A stretch of 64,000 bases of DNA, taken from Acidobacteriota bacterium. GTDB lineage: Bacteria > Acidobacteriota > UBA890 > WLXD01. This document shows positions 49,992 to 59,081 of the stretch, piece after piece. The stretch is taken from NCBI GenBank assembly GCA_963666055.2, contig CAXWPH010000014.1, positions 320,001 to 384,000 on the forward strand, given 5' to 3'. The translations under genes were made by a program, and so were the position numbers. Within the stretch, counting starts at the first letter, position 1. The number at the start of each line of letters is the position of its first letter. The notes beneath the pieces are model-generated. The model did not search any database. It saw nothing but the letters and a program-made list of their open reading frames with translations, and had not been told where the DNA came from.

Positions 49992-51320
49992 ATGCAGGAA
50001 CTACCCCAGGTGAAGCTGGCGCCGCCGGAAGGCGGCCTCGGGATCTTGACCGTCGGAATCGGCGCGGTTTCCACTACCTTCATTGCCGGCGTGCTTGCGG
50101 TGCGCAAGGGACTGGCTCAGCCGATCGGCTCTCTGTCGCAGATGGGAACCATCCGCCTAGGCAAGCGCACAGAAGGGCGCGTACCGACGATCAAGGAGTT
50201 CGTCGGGCTGCCCGAGCTCGACGATTTGCAGTTCGGCGGCTGGGACATCTTCGAGGACAACGCCTACGAAGCTGCGATGAACGCCGGCGCCCTCAACAAG
50301 GAAGATCTCGAGAAGGTCCGCGACGAGCTCGAAGCAATCCGACCGATGAAAGCAGTCTTCGACCAACGCTACGTCAAAGCGTTGACCGGCACCTGGGTGA
50401 AGTCCGGCGGCAGCCGCTGGGACTACGCAGAGCAGATCATCGCCGACATCCAGGCGTTCAAGGACGCCCACGGAGTCGACCGGGTAGTAGTGATCTGGTG
50501 CGCGAGCACCGAGGTCTTCCTGGAGCCCAGTCGTGTCCACCAGTCGCTGGAGGCGTTCGAGGAGGGCTTGAAGAACGACGATGAGGCGATCCCGCCGAGC
50601 ATGGTCTATGCATACGCGGCGCTGAAGATGGGCATCCCCTACGCCAACGGGGCCCCCAACCTCAACATCGACATCCCGGCGCTCACGGAGCTGTCGAAGC
50701 AGACCCAGACACCCTTAGCCGGCAAAGACTTCAAGACCGGCCAAACACTCATGAAAACGATCCTGGCGCCGGGCCTCAAGGCGCGGCTGCTGGGCGTCAG
50801 CGGCTGGTTCTCGACCAACATCCTCGGCAACCGTGACGGCGAGGTACTCGACGATCCGGGCTCGTTCAAGACCAAGGAAGAGAGCAAGCTCGGCGCGCTC
50901 GAGTACATCTTGCAGCCCGATATCTACCCCGACCTGTACAGCGACATCTATCACAAGGTGCGGATCAACTACTATCCGCCGCGTGGCGACAACAAGGAGG
51001 GGTGGGACAGCATCGACATTTTCGGGTGGCTCGGCTACCCGATGCAGATCAAGATCAACTTCCTCTGCCGCGACAGCATTCTGGCGGCACCGATCGTTCT
51101 CGATCTGGCGCTCTTCCTCGACCTCGCCAAGCGTGCCGACTTCGCCGGCATACAGGAGTGGCTGTCGTTCTACTTCAAGGCGCCGATGACACTTCCCGAG
51201 CTGTACCCGGAGCACGACATCTTCATCCAGCTGATGAAGCTGAAGAACACGTTGCGCTACATGAAGGGCGAAGAGCAGATCACTCACCTGGGCGCCGACT
51301 ACTACGAGGGTTATCGCTAG
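49992..51320 (+). CDS. ino1: Inositol-3-phosphate synthase
   Basis: 'FGGWD', 'GKDFKTGQT', 'NILGNRDG', 'GDNKEGWD', 'RDSILAAP'. Confidence 0.95.
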   Translation: MQELPQVKLAPPEGGLGILTVGIGAVSTTFIAGVLAVRKGLAQPIGSLSQMGTIRLGKRTEGRVPTIKEFVGLPELDDLQFGGWDIFEDNAYEAAMNAGALNKEDLEKVRDELEAIRPMKAVFDQRYVKALTGTWVKSGGSRWDYAEQIIADIQAFKDAHGVDRVVVIWCASTEVFLEPSRVHQSLEAFEEGLKNDDEAIPPSMVYAYAALKMGIPYANGAPNLNIDIPALTELSKQTQTPLAGKDFKTGQTLMKTILAPGLKARLLGVSGWFSTNILGNRDGEVLDDPGSFKTKEESKLGALEYILQPDIYPDLYSDIYHKVRINYYPPRGDNKEGWDSIDIFGWLGYPMQIKINFLCRDSILAAPIVLDLALFLDLAKRADFAGIQEWLSFYFKAPMTLPELYPEHDIFIQLMKLKNTLRYMKGEEQITHLGADYYEGYR

Positions 51321-51334
51321 CAGCACCCGCCTCG

Positions 51335-52510
51335 CTACTGCCCGGCGGACACCGCCGAGACGGCGGGTGCCGGCAGCTGCAGCCGATAACGCACGATCAC
51401 AGTGCGTCCGGCTCGCTGCTCGACCCGAAATACGTGCTCGCCGAGATGAGCATCCCATCCCTGGAACGGCAGCCTCCCGTTTACCATGAGCTCACCATCG
51501 GGGCTGTATACGTCCACCGGAAACTCGGCAACATCGGCGTTCACCACATACGGGAAGACGAATAGCCTGCCCTGGTCATCGGTCTCGATGTCCGCCAGCG
51601 CCGGGAAGTGCTCGGGCCAGATAACATCCGCATCGTCGGCTAGGTTGGCCGCCATCGTGCGCCCGACCCGTTCGGTTCGTCCGGTGGTCTTGGCCACCAG
51701 GTGCTCGGGAATCGGCACACGCGGCCAGGGCGCCTCCAGCACCCAGACAACATCGGCGTTGAGATCGAACGCGGCTACCTCGTAGGTGGCGCTGGCGGTG
51801 GCATACACACGATCGCCTCCTACCACGAACGCCTCTTTCGGCCACAGGTGGATGTCACCGGCGCGATCCTGCTCGAGCACCTTGAATACGGTGAAGCGGC
51901 CGACAACGCTGCCATCCTCGGCAACTAGACTCAGCACTCCGGTGGACAGCTCGTAGGCGACTGTCCGCTCATCACGAATCGGGTGTGGATAGACGATCCC
52001 CGGCGCTGTCTCGACACCACGTAGGTACGTGCCATCGGACGCGAAGGTGGACAGGCGGCCGGGCTCGGAAGGGTCAGGCGACCACTGGGCAATGACCAAG
52101 CCATCATGCCGAGCACCGATCGTCACCAGACTACCCGGCAGTGTGGACTCCAGCACCACCTGGGCGCTTGTCCAGTCGCCCACGGCGATGCCTTGCGGTG
52201 TGAACGCCCCCACCCACACATCAGCGAGCGTATCGAACTTGAAGATTCTACCCCCGGAGCCGACCGCGATGGCCACGGCGTTGGGGAACTGCGGGTCTGC
52301 CGGAGCCACGTCGATCACCAGCTCCTCCACGGTGCCGACGCGAACGCGACCAGGACCCGCGGCCACCACCGCGATGCTGCGACGGGGGACGTCGGCCGCT
52401 ACATAGAGAGCAACCTCGTCGGCGCTCGTATCACCCGCTTCCGTGCCGCCACAAGATATCAATAGTGCCCCAGAGGCAACTATCGACAGTATCGACCACT
52501 TATGTATCAA
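51335..52510 (-). CDS. Putative 6-bladed beta-propeller lipoprotein
   Basis: Lipobox LLISC; repeated 'F..DG' blade motifs; 'IETDDQGRLFV...DVYSPDG'. Confidence 0.72.
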   Translation of the reverse strand: MIHKWSILSIVASGALLISCGGTEAGDTSADEVALYVAADVPRRSIAVVAAGPGRVRVGTVEELVIDVAPADPQFPNAVAIAVGSGGRIFKFDTLADVWVGAFTPQGIAVGDWTSAQVVLESTLPGSLVTIGARHDGLVIAQWSPDPSEPGRLSTFASDGTYLRGVETAPGIVYPHPIRDERTVAYELSTGVLSLVAEDGSVVGRFTVFKVLEQDRAGDIHLWPKEAFVVGGDRVYATASATYEVAAFDLNADVVWVLEAPWPRVPIPEHLVAKTTGRTERVGRTMAANLADDADVIWPEHFPALADIETDDQGRLFVFPYVVNADVAEFPVDVYSPDGELMVNGRLPFQGWDAHLGEHVFRVEQRAGRTVIVRYRLQLPAPAVSAVSAGQ

Positions 52511-52655
52511 GTATCCCCCTTACAGACCCAAGGGAATAGTTTAGCTAGCTCGTGGTGCTTGAAGGAAGCCCGAAGAAAATAAAGCGGGGGTACCCGATTG
52601 ACAGCCGGGCACCCCCATATGTTCAGCTCCGATTGCTCGGAGCACAGGTACCGCT

Positions 52656-52826
52656 CTAGCGGCACGATCTCCAGCAGCCCGATACGGATCCGCCCGATGC
52701 GATGCAGGCTCTCATACACGAGCGCGGACCTGCCTCGGCCGGGGCGACGCTCAGCTGAAGTATGCCGAGAGCCATAACGGTGCCGAAGAGTAGCGTTGCC
52801 GCAATACGCAGCGTTCGCCTAGTCAT
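52656..52826 (-). CDS. Small secreted Cys-rich peptide 1 (mature GPRSCMRACIASGGSVSGCWRSCR)
   Basis: GGAG RBS; Sec signal peptide ending AEA; CX3C-X9-CX3C; paralog upstream. Confidence 0.85.
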   Translation of the reverse strand: MTRRTLRIAATLLFGTVMALGILQLSVAPAEAGPRSCMRACIASGGSVSGCWRSCR

Positions 52827-53035
52827 CCTCATTACTCCGGGGAGAGGGACCCTCGATGGAGGGACCCGATGAGGTTTGGAAGACTTCACAGGTGTTGGGT
52901 CATTCCCCCTTCGGCACAGCTATTCGGGGAGGCAAACAGTCGCACGGCCGATCACCACATCAGCTGCCCGCGGTTGTGCCTACCGCGGGGCACCCCCGTC
53001 AGCTCAACTCCGATTGCTCGGAGCACAGCGCACTG

Positions 53036-53205
53036 CTATCGGCAACTCCTGACGCAGCCCGCTGGGCCACCGCCATCGCGATACAGGCCGCGACGCACGA
53101 GTCTCCGGCGGCCAGGGCCGGCGCGGCGCTCAGCTGAACGATGCCGAGAGCCACAGCGGCGCCGAAAAGCAGGGTTGCTGCAATGCGCAGCGTTCGCTTG
53201 GTCAT
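53036..53205 (-). CDS. Small secreted Cys-rich peptide 2 (restored mature AGDSCVAACIADGGGPAGCVRSCR); 1-nt frameshift as given
   Basis: Signal peptide near-identical to peptide 1; adding one G at ~53078 restores the same length and Cys spacing. Confidence 0.75.
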
Positions 53206-53337
53206 CCTCTCTACTCCGGGGAGGGGCCCCCTCGATGAAGGAACCCGATGAGGAATAGAACACTTCACAGGTGTCGGGTCATTCCCCCTTTGGCACAGCT
53301 ATCGGGGAGGCAAATGGTCGCGCGGCCGATTGCCACA

Positions 53338-54006
53338 TCAGCCGCCCGCGGTTGTGCCAACCGCAGGGACCTCGCAGCAACCAGGGTCTGCGCCAGGCGA
53401 CCCGGACAGAGCGCTTGTGGTCAGCACCTGGTGGTCGAGAGCGTCAAGTAGCTCGGCAACGTCAAGTTCGCTCAGCGCCCCGGACCAGATGCGCTGCACG
53501 ACGGTGTCGGCGCCTACCAGGATTGTCAGTGGAACCAGCGGTACCCTCAGCTCGGCACTCGCGACGAGCGGCTCCTCGGGAACCCACAGCGGCCAAGCCA
53601 CCCCCAGCTCCAGCGCGTAGGCGCGCGTCGCTTCTGCATCATCGAGGGAGACGCCGACAAACGGCACGTCGCTTGCCGCAAACGCCCGAGCAACCTCGCC
53701 CCAGGCGGGCAGCGTCTCCTTGCCGAACGGACACGTCGTAGTAAGAAACGCGATCACCCCACCGTGCGGCACCAGGTCGGCCAGCGTTGCCGGCCGACCG
53801 TCGAGATCGCTGAGCGACACGATCGGTAACTCGTCGCCAGGCTGCATCGAGGGGCCCAGCATCGACGATCGGGCGCGCAGCTGGGCGATCTCGCTCTCGA
53901 GCTCACGGTTCTCCGTGGCGAGCGACCACATCACGTAGGCAACGCCCATCGACAGGGTCAGCAACAGCGCACTGCCGGCCCATTCGGGCATACGCAACCG
54001 GAGCAT
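53338..54006 (-). CDS. Membrane-anchored TlpA/redoxin-like protein with single active-site Cys
   Basis: N-terminal TM + coiled coil; 'PGDELP..SL.DLDG', 'FLTTTCPFG', 'VPLTILV'; C-terminal GCCE. Confidence 0.8.
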   Translation of the reverse strand: MLRLRMPEWAGSALLLTLSMGVAYVMWSLATENRELESEIAQLRARSSMLGPSMQPGDELPIVSLSDLDGRPATLADLVPHGGVIAFLTTTCPFGKETLPAWGEVARAFAASDVPFVGVSLDDAEATRAYALELGVAWPLWVPEEPLVASAELRVPLVPLTILVGADTVVQRIWSGALSELDVAELLDALDHQVLTTSALSGSPGADPGCCEVPAVGTTAGG

Positions 54007-54317
54007 GGTTCTCTAGCCCTCCCCGGACTCGCTGGGTCTAGCAAGCCCGAACAGCGTACCGAGCTGTCTCAAGTTGTAGTTCCTCTGAAAATCGAGTCTC
54101 GATGACTCACAATGGCGCCAGCAAGCAATCGCTCGTTCGCCAGGTTTGACTCCCGCTTCTAACAGGCGTCACGATGAGGTTTCTGGCAAACCCACACCCA
54201 AGGAACAGCCTGCGTGGCGAATTTCCGAAGCTGTAGGTGCGAATCCTTGGCGCCGCCCCGGCGACACACATCAAAGCAAAGGCCGAACACGGCCTCGCCG
54301 GGCCCTTGAGCTGAGCC

Positions 54318-55220
54318 ATGGTCGACGACCTCACGACGGTCATCTGGCTGGCCGCGGCCGGTCGCTGGCTCGCCTACGCGTGCACGCTCTGGATCGGTGG
54401 CACTGTCCTGGCGGAGCTCTTGCTGGTCGGCGCGAACGTCGACATCGGAGCAATGGACCGCCGACTCGCCGGGCCAGCAATTGCCGCCGCCGCCGGGTTG
54501 GTGGCACTGCGCACCGGCCTGCTTTGGGCACAGGCATGGCTACTGTTCGCGCTCGATGAACCGGTTACGTTCGAGCTCGTGCGAGTGGTGGCAATGCGGA
54601 CGAGTTGGGGGACCGGATGGCGATGCCAGGTGGCCGCCGGGATCGTGGCACTGATCGGCTTTGCACTCCGTCGGGGCGGAGCATCCGCCGGGCGCTTGGT
54701 GGCCGCGGTCGGCTGCGCCGGCGCGGCACTGAGCGTGCCGCTGACCGGGCACGCCGTGGAGCAAGGGTGGCTGAGCGTACCGGTCGGAACACAGATGCTG
54801 CATGTGGTCGGGGCCACCGCCTGGATCGGCACGCTAGCGGTGCTGGCGGCGCTGCTCCTCCGCCCCGGCGCGGCAGTCACCCACGACGAGGTGGCACGCG
54901 CCATTCAGCGTTTTTCGCCGCTGGCGCTGACCGCAGCCGCGACGCTGGTGCTCACCGGCGTCACCACCTCGTGGTTCTACGTGGGCGAGATCAAGGCGCT
55001 CTGGACAACGGTGTACGGGCAAACGCTGGTGCTCAAGGCTCTGCTGTTCGTCGCCATCGGGTCAATTGGCTACATCAACTGGCGACGGATACGCCCGCAG
55101 CTCGGTACCAGCGCCGGCACCGATCGCCTGCGCCGCAGCGTCGCCGTCGAGCTAACCTGGGCGACCGTGCTCCTGCTGGTCACCGCGGTGCTGGTGGCGT
55201 TGCCGATGCCGATGGGCTGA
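54318..55220 (+). CDS. CopD family copper resistance membrane protein
   Basis: 'LTGHA', 'LHVVGATAWIG', 'RFSPLA', 'YGQTLVLK'. Confidence 0.85.
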   Translation: MVDDLTTVIWLAAAGRWLAYACTLWIGGTVLAELLLVGANVDIGAMDRRLAGPAIAAAAGLVALRTGLLWAQAWLLFALDEPVTFELVRVVAMRTSWGTGWRCQVAAGIVALIGFALRRGGASAGRLVAAVGCAGAALSVPLTGHAVEQGWLSVPVGTQMLHVVGATAWIGTLAVLAALLLRPGAAVTHDEVARAIQRFSPLALTAAATLVLTGVTTSWFYVGEIKALWTTVYGQTLVLKALLFVAIGSIGYINWRRIRPQLGTSAGTDRLRRSVAVELTWATVLLLVTAVLVALPMPMG

Positions 55221-55306
55221 TTCGACGCGGATCGGCGCGCGATATCATCGTCTCGAACGGACGCGAGGTCCTTCCAACACCAGCACAGGCGCCCGAGGAG
55301 GTCATC

Positions 55307-55600
55307 ATCAACGACGAACGCGAGCCCCCGCGCGTCACCGTCAACCCGGTCACGGAACAGCTGGAGATGGAATATCCATGCCAGTGGCTCTACAAGCTGA
55401 TCGGCGCTGACGAGACCTCGCTACGGCAGGCTGTTCTCGAGGTCATCGACGTGCAGGAAGTGACAATCGAGCTGTCCAACACCAGCTCCGGCGGCAACTA
55501 CGTGTCGATCAACGTCGCGGTCCGGGTTTCCAACGCCAACCAACGCACTGGGTTCTACGAATCGCTGCGAGCGCATCGATCCGTCCGCATGGTGCTCTGA
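55307..55600 (+). CDS. DUF493 (YbeD-like) protein; start uncertain (ATC 55307 or ATG 55367)
   Basis: 'EYPCQWLYKLIG', 'SSGGNYVS', 'VRMVL' C-terminus. Confidence 0.8.
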   Translation: MNDEREPPRVTVNPVTEQLEMEYPCQWLYKLIGADETSLRQAVLEVIDVQEVTIELSNTSSGGNYVSINVAVRVSNANQRTGFYESLRAHRSVRMVL

Positions 55601-55658
55601 GTCAGCACCGGCGCGGCGCTCTGCAGGAACCGGGATTCGTAACTCCCAGGAGCACGAT

Positions 55659-57545
55659 TCAGGCGACGCCTTCCGACCCTGTCGGTTTTCCGATGTACCG
55701 CGCGACCACGTAGATCGCCGCCGCCCCCGCCAACATTCCGACCCACCAGGGCATTCCGAACCCGCTCGGCAGCGTGCCCAGCCCCACGGCCACCGTGCCC
55801 ACCAGCAAGGCGTACGGCATCTGCGTACGCACGTGCTCGATGTGATCGCAGCCCGACGCCATCGAAGACAGGATGGTGGTGTCGGAGATCGGCGAGCAAT
55901 GGTCCCCGAGCACCGCACCCGCCAGGACACACGACACGGACGAGTACAGAATGTGCATCTGACTCTGGGCGCCCGCGGCGCTCAACACGGCCCAAACGAG
56001 CGGCACGACGAGCGGCATGAGGATTCCCATCGTCGCCCAGCTCGACCCGGTCGAGAACGCCGTGGCGCCAGCGAGAATGAACACCAGCGACGGCACCACA
56101 GCCGGCGTCAGCGAATCGCCGAGGATCGTGACCAGGTAGCTCGCTGTCTGGAGTCCGCCGGAAACAGCGGCGAGTGACCACGCCAACACCAGGATGATCA
56201 TCGCGAAGAGCATCTGCTTGAGCCCTGCGTACCAGGCGTCGACGATCTCCGTCAGGGTCAGGATGCGCTGACCGATCGTCATTGCAACTGCCACCATAGT
56301 GCCCAGCAGCGAGCCCCACATCAGCGCCGTGTTGGAGTCGGCGGTGCCAATGATGTCGCGAATCGAATCGCCGGTACCGGTGGCGTAGAGTCCGCCGATT
56401 ACCCCGAAGATGAGCACCGCCAACGGGACCATCGAATTGATGGCGCGTATCGGGCGGCCCTCCTTGAGCCGCAGCTCGGTGGCATTGGCCGCCGCCGCGT
56501 CGTCGACCTTGGCGCCGGGTCCCAGAACCTGGCCGGTCGTGCGGGCTCGCGTCTCGGCCGCGTGCATGGGTCCGAAATCGCGGCGCAAGCCGGCTACGGT
56601 GAACACCATGAACATGGTCAGGAACGGATAGTAGCTGTAGGCAATCGAGTTGAGGAAGATTGCGTAGCTCGACACCTGTATTGCAGGGATCGACGCGATC
56701 GCGGTATCGATCAGACCTACCTGATAGCCGATCCAGGTAGACACCAACGCCACGCAGGCGACCGGGGCGGCAGTCGAGTCGACGATGTAGGCGAGCTTCT
56801 CGCGCGATATCTTCAGGCGATCGGTTACCTGCCGCATGGTGTTGCCGACCACCAGCGTGTTGGTGTAGTCGTCGAAGAAAATCGCCACGCCGAGAGCGCC
56901 GGTGGTGAGTTGCCCGCGGCGCCGGTCGGTGGCAAAGCGCACGATGATGTTGACCACACCCTGCATTCCACCATTCTTGATAACGATACCGACCATGCCG
57001 CCGATCATGAACGAGAACAGCAGGATCTGCGCCTGGCTGGGAGTCGAGACGGCGCCCAGCACGTAGACCGCATAGGTATCGAGCAGGCCGCGGAAGATTC
57101 CCCCCGGCCCGAACCCGACCAACGCCGTGGCGCCAAACCACAACCCGAAGAACAGCGCCGGGATCACCTGCTTGAACGTCAACGCCACGGCAATCGCCAG
57201 CAGCGCCGGAACCACCGAAATCCAGCCCGGCAACACTCGCACATCGACGGTGGCCACCACTGTCCCGGCGGACACCAACTCCAACCGGGAATCGCCACGT
57301 TGCAGCGTCACATCGACGAAAGTCGCCGTGTCACCGTCGACGCTCGCCTGATAAACGTCTCCGCCGGCGCGCAGAACCAGCCCCGGCAGAGCATCGGGTG
57401 GGCCGGTAGCGGCAACCTGCGTCGGCACTCCGACGAGCGCCACAGCGGGCGGCTGCAACGCATAGTCGGCCTCTTGAGCGAGCGCCGGCACTGCGGTGAG
57501 AAGAAAACAGAGGGCAGCGAGCGAGCTCAGGCAGATACGCGACAA
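55659..57545 (-). CDS. Na+/H+ antiporter NhaC family protein
   Basis: 'IFFDDY', 'SREKLAYIVDSTAAP', 'TGSSWATMGI', 'GDHCSPISDTTI'. Confidence 0.92.
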   Translation of the reverse strand: MSRICLSSLAALCFLLTAVPALAQEADYALQPPAVALVGVPTQVAATGPPDALPGLVLRAGGDVYQASVDGDTATFVDVTLQRGDSRLELVSAGTVVATVDVRVLPGWISVVPALLAIAVALTFKQVIPALFFGLWFGATALVGFGPGGIFRGLLDTYAVYVLGAVSTPSQAQILLFSFMIGGMVGIVIKNGGMQGVVNIIVRFATDRRRGQLTTGALGVAIFFDDYTNTLVVGNTMRQVTDRLKISREKLAYIVDSTAAPVACVALVSTWIGYQVGLIDTAIASIPAIQVSSYAIFLNSIAYSYYPFLTMFMVFTVAGLRRDFGPMHAAETRARTTGQVLGPGAKVDDAAAANATELRLKEGRPIRAINSMVPLAVLIFGVIGGLYATGTGDSIRDIIGTADSNTALMWGSLLGTMVAVAMTIGQRILTLTEIVDAWYAGLKQMLFAMIILVLAWSLAAVSGGLQTASYLVTILGDSLTPAVVPSLVFILAGATAFSTGSSWATMGILMPLVVPLVWAVLSAAGAQSQMHILYSSVSCVLAGAVLGDHCSPISDTTILSSMASGCDHIEHVRTQMPYALLVGTVAVGLGTLPSGFGMPWWVGMLAGAAAIYVVARYIGKPTGSEGVA

Positions 57546-57597
57546 GGGCAGTCGTTCCTCGCAGGGGTGACGATCGGTCCGCCGAATATAGTGCCTT

Positions 57598-58206
57598 TCA
57601 GAAGCTCAGCACCAGCCCAACCGACATCTCGAAGTTATGTACGGTCTTGTCGGCAGTCAGGCCGAGCAGCGGTAACACGTCCGGATCGATCTTGTCGATC
57701 TTGAGCGGGGTGATGTGGTCACGCACGTCGATGCGCGCCGCCAACGCGCCAAGTCCGAGCTTCACGCCGGCGCCGATGTTGTAGCCCAAGGTGGTGTAAT
57801 TGTCGGCATCGATGACGTCGAACGACAGCCGGTGGTATCCGATGCCGCCCGCCAGAAAGGGGCCTACCGGACCGGGAATCAGCTTGATTGCCAGGGCAAT
57901 CTCGGCATACGTGATACTCGAGCCGATGTGCCCGGGGGTGTCAACGAACAGATCAATCGGACTGTAGAGAATCGCTCCTTCGCCTTGCAACAGGATCGCT
58001 CCCAGCGACACGCGGGCACCGTATATTCCGGCATCGCCAAAGCCCAGGGCAACCCCGTTATCGGCGGCGTCGAGCAGGTCGTCGCCGACGACGCGGCCGA
58101 CAGTCAGCGCGATTTCCTGTGCGGCGACCGCGGCGGGGCTCAGCAGTGCCCCCAGAAGTACCGCGAAGAAAACCACGCGGACGAACGTTGTGTGCGCAGA
58201 GCCCAT
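57598..58206 (-). CDS. Outer membrane beta-barrel protein
   Basis: Signal peptide; alternating beta-strand pattern; terminal 'GLVLSF'. Confidence 0.8.
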   Translation of the reverse strand: MGSAHTTFVRVVFFAVLLGALLSPAAVAAQEIALTVGRVVGDDLLDAADNGVALGFGDAGIYGARVSLGAILLQGEGAILYSPIDLFVDTPGHIGSSITYAEIALAIKLIPGPVGPFLAGGIGYHRLSFDVIDADNYTTLGYNIGAGVKLGLGALAARIDVRDHITPLKIDKIDPDVLPLLGLTADKTVHNFEMSVGLVLSF

Positions 58207-58287
58207 CACCCACCCCCAAACCTAGCTACTCGTGATCAGAGCCCCCCAACAAGGAATATTGTCTCGGATCCAACCCCACCTGTCATG

Positions 58288-59034
58288 CCATCGGCTATGA
58301 AAGATGATCGTCTTTGTCCCCAGCACCCTGGTTGCCCGACAGCTGCGGAGCTCCCGACCCTTTACTCCGCCACCCTCAGACAGCCTCCAATCGAGGTCGA
58401 GCTTCACCCGGGTCAACCGTTAGCCGGTTCCGGGCGCGCCGTGAGCAGCCCAGCGCCGCGCCTTCAGACCATCGACGTGGCGGCGAAGTTCCTCTTCCAG
58501 GCCGGCGTAATCGACGACGATGATCTCGCAAGAATAGTTGTGGCCAGATTGTCTGGGGGCGTTTTGCCTCGTCGGGGCGCCCGTGTAGCTTCACTCGCAA
58601 ACAGGGCGGCGAGGGCGCCGCGCAGATGGGAGCTGTCGATCGTCCGCATTGAGCCATCGGGCAAGCGCAAGACGCTGGCCAGGCGCACCATAAACGAGGC
58701 CGAGGACGCAACCATCGAGGCGCAGTTCGAGATCACCGTGGGCAAGCTCACCGGAGGCCCCGATGGCTCCCAGGTCTTCGCCGTGATCCGCGGCCGCCGT
58801 GATCCGCGGCCGGCGTGGCACCGTGGAGGCTGGCGAGACACTCGAGCTTACGGTCAAGCTAGGCATCGCGGATTCTTGACTTGGGCCTGTCATGCTGCGG
58901 TGCTCCAGACTCCGCACCCAGCGTGAATCCCAGGGTGCGTATAGGGTGCAGAATGAGCACCCGAACGCGGCACCAATCCCCGTAACTGTTGGGGTTTCAG
59001 GGGTTGCGAGCCCGCGAAATTCAACCATCGGCTA
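58288..59034. mobile_element. ~0.75-kb non-autonomous inserted element
   Basis: 10-bp direct repeat CCATCGGCTA at 58288 and 59025; carries the same end motif as the 17-24 kb island; only ORF fragments inside. Confidence 0.65.
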
Positions 59035-59081
59035 AAGTAGCCGGCGGGCGTGTCCGCGCCCCATTGTCGACGGAGAATCCG

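Larger units (their letters stand above)
52606..53366. repeat. Tandem ~380-bp duplication (leader + peptide gene + 3' hairpin)
   Basis: Matching blocks 52606-52988 and 52988-53366, including CTCCGATTGCTCGGAG hairpin and ACTTCACAGGTGT(T/C)GGGTCATTCCCCCTT. Confidence 0.9.

Noticed and set aside
55555-57704. Long alternative-frame and antisense ORFs (also 3676-4776, 14546-15634, 23793-24944, 57715-58926)
   Set aside because: Arg/Ala/Pro-rich shadows typical of high-GC DNA, overlapping well-supported genes
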